This document shows, piece after piece, positions 1 to 12,230 of a DNA stretch of 64,000 bases. Location: positions 23,438,001 to 23,502,000 of the forward strand of contig CM052817.1 of NCBI GenBank assembly GCA_028534125.1, written 5' to 3'. Positions within the stretch are counted from its first letter, which is position 1. Each line of letters begins with the position of its first letter. The notes below the pieces were generated by a model. It was not told where the DNA came from, made no database searches, and saw nothing but the letters and a program-made list of their open reading frames with translations. This DNA comes from Lama glama. Lineage: Eukaryota. The translations under genes were made by a program, and so were the position numbers.

Positions 1-949
1 CCTAAGCACACAGACATTCACTAGTGCTTTTGTTGTTGTTGTTGTTGTTAACATTTTTGTCAGAGCTTGGGTCTCTAAGAAAACTTGTTTGACATCTTAA
101 CTATTTAAGTGTCACTTCTTAAATTTCAACATTTTTAAGGGAAATATTTTTAAATTATTAGACTTCCCTGACTTCTTAAACAGAGTGTGTGGAACTTAAT
201 TTCGTCTTTCCTGATTACTCCACTGTTACGCTAGAAAATCGCTGCAGATTTAACAAGGCTCTTGTGAGATGTGTGGTTAGAAAGGACATACTATGAATCA
301 TGCATTCTTGAAAAATCCTCTTAATGATGACTTATTTATCTGTCTGTCTCGCTTCCAGTTCACAAAGGTGAATTTGACTCCTTGGGCAATAGAACATAGA
401 ACTTCTGCTAGACAGATTATTAAATCAAATGTTATATCAGTGTCTTACCCTCTAGAAAATATTTTGTCCTATTTCTATCAATTTTAAAACTTGAGACTAG
501 CATTTAAAATTTCATGTTTTTTTTTCATAGAGAGTTCAGTTAAGTACAAACACCACTTCTACTTACTTGAAAATTGTTCCAATTTGTTGTTGTTGTTGTC
601 ACTATCAGAGGAAAAGCATCTGGACCTAAATTCAACTGAAAGCCCAAAGTTGAAAGCTTTGAAGTTAATGGTATTAAAGACTCAATCTGATATCAGTGTC
701 CTGATTATTGCACCATTTCTGTTGTCTTGATTTCTATTTTCTTGATCAAAAGAGGTCATGTTTTGATATGCTGAGGCCTTGAATCCATCTCATATACTGT
801 GGCGTAAAAGAAACCAAGGTAGCCACCTTACTTTTCATCACACAGTAACTGGTAAGCAAGCATCAGTCTACTGCTGAACCAGATTTGAATGGAGGTCCAG
901 CTTGTTTCTGCTGATGGTCTATAGCACTATTTCACCTAAATTTTGTTAC

Positions 950-2980
950 TGATATTATTTCCTTTTTTTTCTTATAATGTGCTTATGTTGTTATGATATT
1001 CAGTCTTTAGTTCCTCATACTGGTACCTTGTATTCTCTCTCAATTTCTCCTCCTCTCTTTAAATATTTAGTCTATTTATATGTTTATCAGTTTTACAGAT
1101 ATTTTTCACAGAAGCAGCTTTCAATTTTGTTGACATTATCTACTACTTTTTTTCATTGGTTTCCATTACTGTCTATATTATCATTTATTTGTGTCATTTG
1201 AGGCTACAGTTTCCTTTAAAAACCACTTTAGCTGCACCCCCAAGTTTGGATAGGCTATGTGTTTATTTTCACTCAGTTTCAAAATAATTTCTAATTTTTC
1301 TGTGATTTCATAATCAAAAGTTAATGTTGAGGTGGTGATGATACTTGATTTATTTTTACGCACTTGGGATTTTTCTAGGGATTTTGTGATTAAATGCTAT
1401 AATGGACAGGAACATCCTTTGTATGATGTTTTTAAAAGTTTAAATTTTGTTGATATATGTTCTATGACTTCTCTTATGGTCTAATTTGTAGAATGCTCTA
1501 TTAATATTTGAAAATAAAATGTTGACATTTTAAAATTGAGTGTTCTATAAGTATCAATTAAGTTATTTTATTTGCTACATTTCTTCAATTCTTTTATATT
1601 TATTATGTATTAAGCATGCCCAATCATCATTTCTCTGTGTAGGTCTCTATCTCCACCTGGTATAATTTCCATTTTGTTTGAGAACCTTCGTTTTCTAAAA
1701 CATTTATTGTATTTCATCTTAAAATCTTACTTTTCTTTAACATATATGAAATTGTAGAACTGTTGGTGACAAATTCCTTTTGTTTTTATTCTTTGGAAAA
1801 TATATATATTTTTTCATTTTAAAGGCTATTCTCACTGGACATAATACTCTATGTTGACAGAATTTTTTGGCTTGTTTTGTTTCATAACTCTAATGAAGTT
1901 GTAGTGTCCTCTAGTTTGCATAGTCTGGAATCATCCCTGTATGTATTCCTCTGTACAAAATAGATAGGTAGATAGATAGACAGATAGATACATACATACA
2001 TACATACATACATACATACATACATACATAGAGATAGAGATATATCTTTTTTGGCTTCCGTAAAGACTTTTTTCTCATTACTTGTTTTAAGCAATTTTAT
2101 TATGATGTGTTTTGGTGAAGAATTTTTTAATTTACTTTTTGAAGGACTACCTTAATATTTATGTATCTGTGGATGTATTTTTCAATAAATTTGGGAAAGT
2201 ATCACTCAGGTTTTCATTAAGCCACTTCTCTCATATGTTAGACCACTGAGCTTCAATCCATGGATCACTGAGACTTTTTTTAAGGTTTGTTTTTTTTTTT
2301 CAGTCATTTTTCTTTCTGTGCTTCAGTCTGAAAGACATTCTGCTGCTGTGTTTTTGAATTCCCTGAGATTTTCTTTCTGCAGTGTTTGATTCACCAGTAG
2401 TCATATGCAGTGGGATTTTCAATTCAGATACTATAGTTTTCACCTCAAGGAGTTCTACTAGAGTCTTGCTTTGTATTTTCAATTTATGTCTTCATTATAT
2501 TCATCTTTTCCTATAAATGCTGGTAAATAGTTTTTAACAGCTGTTTTAACATCTGTCTGCTAACTGCAATTTTTTACTTCTAGTTTTCTACAGGCTAAAT
2601 TTTTTATCTTGATTCTGCTTTTTGTTACATCTATTAATGTTTGATTAGATGCTAGAGTCTGTAATTTTGTTTTTCTGAATGTCTAGATTTTGTTTTCTTC
2701 CTTCAAAGAATATCCATTTAATTACTTCAGGTATAGGATTTAAGACTTACTAACGTGGTTGAAAAGTAGCCTTTACTCCAGGTGTCATTTACCCCTAATA
2801 ATAAATCATGACACTCCTGGAGTCTCCACTGAATACGACTGGGACTCCCTTGGATTCTGTACCCTGGCCAGAACATCTCACTGCCTTGTGTGAGCTCTGG
2901 GAACTGGTCAGCTTACAATTTCCTGACTGTTTTTGCCTTGTCTTGTGGAATTTCACTCTACTGATTGAAGGGCCAGTACT
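950..2980 (-). mobile_element. Ancient L1 (L1M/L1MC-ME-like) fragment, antisense: ORF2 5' part, inter-ORF region and ORF1 coiled-coil remnant
   Basis: T-rich antisense L1 texture. The minus ORF 2300-2482 (LVELLEVKTIVSELKIPLHMTTGESNTAE) resembles the L1 ORF1p coiled coil (ILELKNTISEIKNSLDGLNSRLDTAE). Boundaries approximate. Confidence 0.75.
1961..2045 (+). repeat. Compound microsatellite (TAGA)n(TACA)n
   Basis: Directly visible tetranucleotide repeats inside the old L1. Confidence 0.95.
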
Positions 2981-3086
2981 CAGTAATCACTCATGACAAC
3001 TCCCAAGCAAACTGTAGAGCTGTTTTCTGCATAGCTCATTCACTTCTGGAACTCTGCTTTCTAATATACTATCTCAGTTTCCTTAT

Positions 3087-3115
3087 CTATATATAGATTT
3101 TATATATATATATAA

Positions 3116-3146
<31 letters not shown>

Positions 3147-3150
3147 TACA
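3087..3150 (+). repeat. (TA)n(CA)n microsatellite
   Basis: Directly visible. Confidence 0.9.
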
Positions 3151-4341
3151 AAAATTATAAGGACTCAAATAATAAAGGTTTTGATCAAATTTTACCCACA
3201 AATAATAAATAGAATAAATGCAGAAAACATTTTCAAGATGTTATGATGCTAGGAACTTGCTATTTGGTATACTCCAGTTTACTAATGTCTCCTCGTAAGT
3301 GATGCACAGACCTGAATCTGTATCTCCACCTGGGTTCACAGAAGTTTGGTTAAGATCTATATTTTAAGCCTCCCTCATTCCCATCCCACCAATTTCGGTG
3401 GAGGGACAAGTCTCCCACTTCCATATTCAAAAACCGAGAGTATTCCTTTTTCCAACACTCTCTGAGAAGGTATCTCCTACACAAGACTCAACTTTCTAAT
3501 GTGTTTTGTAAGAAATCCCTTTAAGTCTTCATGTATTGTCTTGCATTAAAAAAAAAAAATCCCTCTAAGATAAGATTACCTAATTTCCGGGGCTGGAAAG
3601 TGCGATGGTGGTTCTGACAAGTCAGGCATTGAACTTGTTAGAGAAATTGAACTTTACAACACAAAACAGGAAACTGAGTTGGGATGTCCTAGTGATCCTT
3701 AACTGCTCTTTATTGAGAACTGATACTTCACTTCTTCTTTTGTTCATTTTTAAAATTTTTTTGTTACTTCATTTCCTGACAATTAAGTAAACATCACAGT
3801 AAACTGTTAGAAAATGGCACGACTTGTTTTCTCAGTAGAATAATTTCATCTTATAAGGAATATTTTGCTGTGATGAATTTTTATTTGTTTTTATTCTCAT
3901 CTTTGTATTAAGAGGGAGTAGTATAACACTGAAAAATGATTTATGCCCGTTTAACTTAATAAATCATACAGATTAAAAAAACTTTATCAATGTAATATCA
4001 TTCTCTTTTCTATTCTTCTCCATAAACTCTGTTCCTCAGTAACACCTCCCTAGTTTAGGGAAAATTGCTAGAAGCAAGACTGCTGAGGTTATTTTATAGC
4101 CAATTTAATTCTTGACCTCCTCACTTACACCATCAAAAGTGTCAATTATTGTCAAAAATACCAGTAGCTTTTTTTTAAAGTTCTCATCCTTTTACGTAAG
4201 TTTGGGGTAGGTTATTTTACATTGACCTTGAGCCAAATTGTCATACCTTGTGAGTATCAGTTGATTACCAATATGGTCCGTTATAGCTCTGACTTTAAAT
4301 AAAATGGAATAGAGTTTATTGAGACAAACGTCTTCAATTTT

Positions 4342-4522
4342 TTTTAACATTTTTTTATTGAGTTATAGTCATTTTACAATGTGTCAAATTCCAGTGTAGA
4401 GCACAGTTTTTCAGTTATATATGAACATACAGATATTCATTGTCACATTTTTTTTTTGCTGTTAGCTACCACAAGATCATGTATATATTTCCCTGTGCTA
4501 TACAGTATAATCTCGTTTATCT
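4342..4522 (-). mobile_element. Young, severely 5'-truncated camelid-type L1 3' end
   Basis: Poly-T followed by L1 3'UTR sequence near-identical to 9795-9980. Flanked by TSD gtcttcaatttt at 4330-4341 and 4526-4537. Confidence 0.9.
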
Positions 4523-4676
4523 AAAGTCTTCAATTTTAAGTGTTTTAGGCTATGTATACATCTCTAAGCTAATTTTTTTATGTTTCTTATTTATATCTAA
4601 ACCATTTATTTTCATTATATGTCAAAAATGTCTATGGTTACTCTTACCCCTAAACAACAACTCCTTTGTCTTATCC

Positions 4677-5046
4677 TCTGTGGACAAAGAATGTCACCTG
4701 CCATATCAGTAAATAAAGGAATGTTACAGCCATCAAGCCACCAGCCACTTGCAGCTGCCCTGACTGCCTGAGTCCAGGGAGAAAAGCAAGATACTGGCCT
4801 TCGATAGTTAAGGTGTGTATCAAAGGAATAATTTCAATTATTCTTGAATCTTCCCATACATGAAAAAGTACTAAATTCATTAACCTGAGATTGCTGATTT
4901 CCTTTAATTAACAGCAATCTTTTGTTGTTCCAACTGCTTAGATTTTGTTGCAAAACTTCCTATGTATCCTGTCACCTCCCTTACCTCTTAGGAGCCATCC
5001 CTCAGAGCTAAGTGAGAGGCTGTCTTCTGAGCTTAATCCTCAGCAC
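4677..5046 (+). mobile_element. ERV1-like LTR fragment (cetartiodactyl type)
   Basis: Starts near 'tgtggacaaagaatg'. Motifs 'gatgttacagccatcaagcc'-like, 'tatcaaaggaataatttcaat' and 'ccctcagagct...gagaggctgtct' recall artiodactyl ERV1 LTRs. The 3' end is unclear. Confidence 0.6.
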
Positions 5047-5273
5047 ATTTTGAAACCCTCATTATCCATCATGTTTACTTTAGTATACCTTCCTTTATAT
5101 ACATTAAATACTGAAAATGCTTTTTATAAAACCAAAAATATGTTGTGATCCTTCTTACCTTTAAGGTTTAATGTTTATTATTGGAATTACAGAAAAAAAT
5201 TGAGAATACTTGAAGCTTTGGACCAAAGACAATGGCTTCCAAAGCTTCTTATTTAAACGGGGCAATGGATTCC

Positions 5274-5320
5274 AAAAAAAAAAAAAAAGAAAGAAAGAAA
5301 GAAATAGAAAAAAAAAAAAA
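5274..5320 (+). repeat. A-rich/(GAAA)n simple repeat
   Basis: Directly visible. Confidence 0.9.
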
Positions 5321-6682
5321 GGAATTGAAATCAATCAGCATCTCCTTCTCTCCACCTTCTTCCAGGCTTGTTGAAGACAGAATTTGAGATTTATCTTCTC
5401 TTTCTTTAACACGTTTTGTATAGAAATCACCTGAATATCATGATGAATCATTTATTCTGTCTCTAATCCGAAGTTATACTGGGACCAACTATGATTTACC
5501 TAAAAACACCAAGAACTGGTGAATCATACATTACACAAAAATTCCATGTAAATGTGAGTCGTTTTAAATATGAAACCAATGGAGGGTAGATTCTATTGAA
5601 GGAGAGGGAGAGGAAGAAGGAGAGGAACGCTAATGATCGTTCCTTTCAGCCCGGCAGCATGTCCTACTCAGAACTTCAGCTTCAGCATTAACTGACAGGA
5701 GGAAGACGCTTTCGGATTAGACTGTCTTCACTTTCACCTGTGATCATGTATTACCTTTCCATGTGTTCCTGTAAGATTTTCCTGAAACCAATGGAAGGGG
5801 GAACAAGACTTAAGAAAATTTCAGGGAATGTTTGAGTAGTGGAGGGATTGATAAAAACTGAAAAACCAGAACAGTTTCCAAAAGCAGATGGAGACTTGAG
5901 TTAACAAAACAAAACTTTCTACTTATTATAGCTCTAAATAAGAAATAAATTGCTTTGTAGGATTCATAATCCCAGCTAACCACAATATTCATGCAGAAGC
6001 CAGAGGAACTGGCTGGAAACCTTAACCTAAAAGATAAAAATTTGGATAAAAGTTGAGAGTAGAAAAATCAACAACTTTTGTTGTTACTTCATGTCTTTCT
6101 AAATTGACTTTTTCAGTAGTGAAAATGATTCTGGAGTATCAATATTTGTGTAGAGTATAGAGAAAACTTTAAGAGGAAAAGACTTACAGCAAGAAAACCA
6201 ACATAAATGCTAATCGTTAGTTAATTTATTAGGTCATTAAAAATAATCATTTCCCCTGATTTGTAATCTGAATTGTGATCACAGCTATGTGAAAATCAGT
6301 CATGTTAGCATATCATTGATGGTTTGAATGCCCAATTATGAAAGGCTCAGAAGACAGCTAATGGCTCATATCATATGAATTTGTAGAGAAAATTAAATAT
6401 AATACTTAATGAAGCATAGAGGCTATCAGTGCTATTACCTATAAACACTTGCAGAAAATAAAAAGGAGGATTAGTATGTGTTGCTCCAAACCCTCAAGTG
6501 ACATATGGCAAGGTCAACTGGAAAGGATGAGAAAATATTAGAATGTTGTAAACATATAGCAACAGTTGTAAATTTTAAAGAGAAACAACCCTTCAAAAGA
6601 TGGAAATATAATTCTACTTTAGGACGTTCTTTTTAAAGAGAGTACGTATTCAAAGATAACCATGAATACGTCTGTTATTTCA

Positions 6683-7064
6683 TGTGGTACCAACTGGTGC
6701 CCGCCAAGGCTCTGCGACTCCTATTCCCGGGCTCTCAGCTATCTGAGTGCAAGCCCTCAAGAAAACAAGCACACCCTTTTCTGATGTGTGATGCCACTGC
6801 CTCGCACAGACCCTAATTCTCTTACACCCACTACCAATCAAAACCTTGTGCACGAGTTATTCGTGCAACCCCCTCTGTTCGCCAACTCCTTCCCATAAAA
6901 GACCTCAGCAACTGACCCTTGTGCTCACGCAGGCACCTCTCGGCTGTGGCCTGCTGTTGCCTGTAGCAGCCTATCTATTACACTTCCCTTTTTCTCTTAA
7001 ATCTTCTTTGTCTCTGGTAAATTCTTTTACCAGCTGTGACGCTGGCTCACCATGTCCCACAACA
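6683..7064 (+). mobile_element. Solo endogenous retroviral LTR (382 bp), family not identified
   Basis: TG...CA termini. Perfect 5-bp TSD tttca at 6678-6682 and 7065-7069. CCAAT at 6834-6838 and TATA-like cataaaa at 6894-6900. GC- and CpG-richer than its flanks. Confidence 0.85.
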
Positions 7065-7155
7065 TTTCAGGCATGAGAAAAATAGCATTATGACTTCAAT
7101 TTTTATTTTGGGTGATTTTAAACTTTATAATAATTAAAGAAGGTAAAATGGATAG

Positions 7156-8107
7156 CATATTAGTCAAGTGTCTCCAGAGAAACAGAACCAATAGGAGATA
7201 CACAGATCTTCCTTGACTTATGTTGGGGTTACATCCTGAAAACCCCATCATAAATGGAAAATATTGTAAATCAAAAATGCATTGACTACACCTAACCTAC
7301 TGAACATTAGAGCTTAGCCTAACCTACCTTAAATGTGCTCAGAACATTTCCACTAGTCTACAGTTGGGCAAAATCATCGAACACAAGGCCTATTTCATAA
7401 TAAAGTGTTGACTAGCTCATGTAATTTATTGGATACTGTACTGAAAGCGAAAAAGAGAATGGCCGCCTGGGTACCGAGCGGTTTTGAGTGTATCAGTGGA
7501 TTACCTTTGAGATCGTGTGGCTGACTGGGAGCTGCAGCTCGCTGCCCCGGCCTCACATCATGGGGGAGTATTATAGTGTATATCACTCACCCAGAAAATG
7601 ATCAAAATTCAAAATTCAAAGTACAGTTTCTATTAAATTCACTTTTGCACCTTCATAAAGTTGAAATATCATTAAGATGAATCATCGTAACCAGGGATCA
7701 TCTGTCCAGATATCTCCAATTTATGAATGAATCTAATAACTGTCTTACACAATTATGCAGACTAAGAAGTTGCATGATCTGTAGTTTTTGAGCTGGAGAA
7801 TTTGGAAAACCAGAACCTGGATAGCCCGTAGCCTCAAGAGCCGAGGTGCCAGTGTCTGAAGGCAGGAGAAGATGGATGTCTCAATCAAACAGAGAGAAAA
7901 TTTGCCTTTTTATCACCATTTTGTTCTGTTCAGGCCCTCAGTAGATTGTGTGATACCCATCTGATTGGTGAGGTTGATCTTTACTCAGTTTACCAATTCA
8001 AATGAGAATCTCGTTCAGAAACACCGTGACAGACACACTCAGAAATGTTTTACCAGCCATCTGGGCCCTGCCTAAGTCCAGTCAAGTTGACATAAAATCA
8101 CATCACA
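7156..8107 (-). mobile_element. MLT2 (ERVL) solo LTR, interrupted by a Tigger element
   Basis: 'tattagtc...ctccagagaaacagaaccaatagga' and 'agtcaagttgacataaaatcacatcaca' are MLT2 termini. Imperfect TSD gatag/ggtag. Confidence 0.85.
7203..7704 (+). mobile_element. Tigger5/MER47-type TcMar DNA transposon (non-autonomous)
   Basis: cagat...catctg termini. Internal 'ggggttacatcc...cctaacctactgaacat...cagttgggcaaaatcatc' recalls the MER47/Tigger5 consensus. Confidence 0.85.
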
Positions 8108-9794
8108 GGTAGTACAAGTCAGAACATAGACTTTTAATTTGGATTAACCTAAATTGAACTCATGTCCTGGGATTGTGAGACTGGCCAATTGAATACATCT
8201 CAATAGATAACTTTTAAACAATAATGATGGTCAGTTTTATAAAATGAGAATAATGAGGTATTTGAACAGAAGAGTCAATAAAGAGACTATAAAAGTCATC
8301 TCAGCAATAAATAACAAACAAATTTCATCTGTTTGGGTAACTCTGTCTAACTGATAATGATGCTCTAGAGCATGGCATGAAAATTCTGAGTCACCATTAA
8401 AACCTATAAGTGAAAAATATCATGATCAGTTAACAGTGTCTGCCCTGGACACAGGATAGGGAGATGTGTGCACCTTGGATTTACCAATCCCAATCTCTTA
8501 TAAGTGTCTCCTCTTTGAAACTTCTCACCTCTATCCTAGAAAACAAAAAACTGAAACCTAGAGAGATCATATGTCTGATAAGAAGGAATGTGGACTAGCT
8601 GTTAGTCTTTCCATTATTATCATAGTTTATTCAAATTCTGTTGCTACTTGGATTCTTAAAGTAATGAAGTAAATTTATTTTTGTATGTATTCCTCTAGAT
8701 TCAATCTGTTCACTTGATTCCTCTCTATTTTTCTATTCCTCCTTATTTTAAATTGAGGGAGCAGATTTTATTTTTTATTATGCTAATGTTGAAAAATAAA
8801 CACAACTACTGGGGACTGAATGTTTAAGTTAAAACTCTTATATGTGATAATAATGTCTTTGAGGCACTATGACTATGGAGAACACTTAAAAATCAAACAG
8901 AAAGAGATAAAACATAATTAAGAGATTTGAACTTATCTTGCTTTATTTTTTAAAAAACATTTGATATTTACAACAAGCTAGCAAGAAACAATTTCATTTT
9001 GACAAAATTACATTATTTCAATCCTACACATAATTTGAATAACTTCTTTGAGTTAGCTACCATTCCAACAAATTTAAATTCACAATATTGTGTTCCACAG
9101 ATATAGCATAAGCAAAAGGACATTGGTTAGTTCACCTAATCCTAAGACCAGTCTGCAGGTGACTTCTGCTCTTGCTTTATTGGCAAATACAGTATCTCTT
9201 AAAATTCAATAACCATATCTCCTTATGGGCCAACTGGCTGATTTTTAAAGAGGTAAGTGACAAATTTTCTCAGCATGCCCTGAATGACGACCTCTGTTTC
9301 TCCTCTCTTGTTCCATAATATTTTCTTTGTTCTTAAACACGTATATTTTCTTGTGTTATCCCAATCTTTCCTCTGTATCTTCTACCATGTACATTGTGAA
9401 GGCATAAGGAACCTTCTCTTTTGCCAAGCAAACTGTTAAAGCAGTGATCTTGGGGGGAAAGTTTGGAAAAAATACTAACTTCTAGTTTTGACTTTATGCA
9501 GTTTATGTAATTATATGATTTTAAAATAAAATAGTATATTAACTTTGAGAAAATTGGAATACTTTTGTAAAAGTTGCCTTTGTATTTTAAATTTCGCTAC
9601 AGTTTTTCTGGGCCTTTTACTGAATTATTACTGAAGCATCATCATAGTTACTGACACATAATATTATTCATGAGATTCTAATGAGAAGCATAATATATCT
9701 ATTACTTATTTGATATTAAGAAGATATTTTATGTACTTAAATTCTGAGCTAATATAATTTTGTTATTTCATTGTCATATCTCTATTGGCTTCTT

Positions 9795-10725
9795 TTTTTT
9801 AAACATTTTTTAAATTAAGTTATAGTCAGTTTACAATGCTGTTAATTTCCAGTGTAGAGCACAATTTTTCAGTTATACATGAACATACATGTATTCATTG
9901 TTGCATTCTTTTTTGCTATGAGCTACCACAAGATGTTGTATATATTTCCCTGTGCTATACAGTATAATCTTGTTTATCTATTCTACATATGCCCATCAGT
10001 ATCTACAGATTTCGAGCTCCCAGTCTGTCCCTTCCCACCTCCTTCCCCCTTGGCAACCACAAGTTTGTATTCTATGTCTATGAGTCTGTTTCTGTTTAGT
10101 ATTTATGTTCTTTTTTTTTTTTTTTAAGATTCCACAAATGGTATTTTTCTTTCTCTTTTTGGCTTCTTCAGTTAGAATGACATTCTCCAGGGACAGCCAT
10201 GTTGCTGCAGATGGCATTATGTTGTCATGTTTTTATGGCTGAATGGTCCATTGTATAAATATACCACATTGCTTGTTTAGGTCTTCTGCTTATTTTTGGA
10301 TTGGGTTGTTTGCTTTTTCTCATTAAGTCATATGAGCTGCTTATATATTCTGGAGATCAAGCCTCTGTCGGTTTCATTTGCAAAAATTTTCTCCCATTCC
10401 ATAGGTTGTCTTTTTGTTTTACTTATGGTTTCCTTGCTGTGCAGAAGCTTGTATGTTTCATTAGATCCCATTTGTTTATTCTTGCTTTTATTTCTATTGC
10501 TTGAGTAGACTGTTCTAGGAGAACATTTTTGAGATGTATGTCAGGTAATGTTTTGCCTGTATTCTTCTAGGAGGTTTATTGTATCTTATTTTATGTTTAA
10601 GTCTTTGATCCATTTTGAGTTGATTTTTTGTGTATGGTGTAAGGGATTGTTCTAACTTCACTGCTTTACATGCTGCTGTCCAGTTTTCCCAAAACCATTT
10701 GCTGAAGAGCCTGTCTTTATTCCAT
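9795..10725 (-). mobile_element. Young 5'-truncated L1 with internal deletion
   Basis: Poly-T, 3'UTR, then an ORF2 fragment ([33 protein letters not shown], like L1 ORF2p WGKDSLFNKWCWENW...). Perfect 14-bp TSD tctattggcttctt at 9781-9794 and 10726-10739. Confidence 0.93.
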
Positions 10726-10739
10726 TCTATTGGCTTCTT

Positions 10740-11430
10740 CACTTTATACTTCAGCAATTTCTTTTAGATTTTGCTCATAATATGCACTTCATCATAATAT
10801 ATTCAAGGTTAATTCTGTACTATTTCATTAAAAAATGTAAGAAATTTGCAAAAGCAGTTTTATTATGCCCCATTCATAGCACTTTAACTGTCATGTATGT
10901 TACATCAATGCACATTATAAACCTCATAATACAATATTATAATTATTTCTGAAAGCAGTACTATATTTTTAAAATAAATAGAGAAAAAAGTCTACATTGT
11001 GCATATCCCTGTATATATTTACCATTTTTGGTGTTATTTCTCCTTATAGATCTGAATTTTCATCTGGCTATTTTCTTTTAGCCTAAATCCTTCTATTTAG
11101 TATTTCTTATGTGCAGAGTTGCCAGCAAAGAATTATCTCACTTTTTCTTTATAGAAAAATGCACTTGTTTGCCTTCATTTCCTAAGGATATGTTTACAGG
11201 ATATGGAATTTTTCAGTGACAAGGCTTTGCTCCCTTTCAACACATTAAAACTGCCATTCTACTGTTTTCTGTTATGCATGTTTTCTTGTGAGAATTCAGC
11301 CATTACCCTTGTATCCTCTACATAATGTGTCCTTTTTCTCTGTTGCTTTTCAGATTTTTACTTTTTAATCTTCAGTTTGATGTTACTTGACTATGACGTG
11401 CCCAGATGTTACTCTTCTTGTTTTTATTCT
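10740..11430 (-). mobile_element. Ancient L1 (L1MC/MD-like) fragment
   Basis: Antisense L1 motifs ('tttagtatttctt', 'gccttcatt...aaggatatgttt...ggatatggaatt') similar to those at 1640-1860. Confidence 0.65.
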
Positions 11431-11974
11431 ATGATAGCGTCCGAAAGGTCTTGGCTCAGTCTTTGAATAAGTTGTCTGGCTTTTTCTTTAGGTTTAGGGC
11501 TTACTTGTCTTCTGCATATGGAAGACCAAACAGCACTCCAACTCCACACCTGCCATTCACACCCTGTCCGCTAAGGTAACCACCATTATTTATTGGTGAA
11601 TATCTTTTCTAATCTTTATTTATACTCATAAACACACATATGTTGATTGTTAAAACGTTAATATTATACTTACTGCTCTGTACTTGGTGCTGATCATTTA
11701 ACAAAATATAACTATCCTTCCAGGTAAATGGTTAATATCTAAGAAGTGTCTACATCATTTTGTTAAATACTGGCATGCTATTCCATATTAGATATATAGC
11801 GTAATTCCTTTATGAATATCCAAGTGGTTTCTAGTTTGTTACCATTTTGTTTAATTACAAATAAAGATATAATTGTATTTGTATTTTAGAAAGATCAATC
11901 CACCCCATATCCAGAAGAGAAGAAGCCTTAAAGGAAACTTAAAGGAAAAGTCAGTTACATAGAAACCATTTACA

Positions 11975-12230
11975 AAGTGGACTTAAAGATTTGGAGAAAT
12001 CCTTTGGAAGGAAATAATATGTAGACTAAGACTTGATGGATGAGTAGGAATTAGGTAGCACAGAAAGGCAGAGGAAACTTCTAGATAGACACTTCTGTAT
12101 GACAAAGACAGGGCACATTTTTGTGGAGGGAATACAAACAGTTAATTATTGAAAATTTGAAATTGGAAAGAAGAGATGACAGAAGATGACACCTGACTAA
12201 TATCATGGACCAGACAGTAAAAGTTCCACA
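11975..12230 (-). mobile_element. L2 fragment
   Basis: 'gactaagacttgatggatgagtagga...ggaaacttctagataga' resembles antisense L2. Confidence 0.5.

Noticed and set aside
5624..5645. Hairpin aggaacg...cgttcct
   Set aside because: 7-bp arms only; no RNA gene signature.
8360..8373. 14-bp palindrome atgctctagagcat
   Set aside because: Several palindromes of this length are expected by chance in 64 kb.
10515..10757. ORF with real protein similarity
   Set aside because: It is a frameshifted L1 ORF2p fragment, not a host gene.
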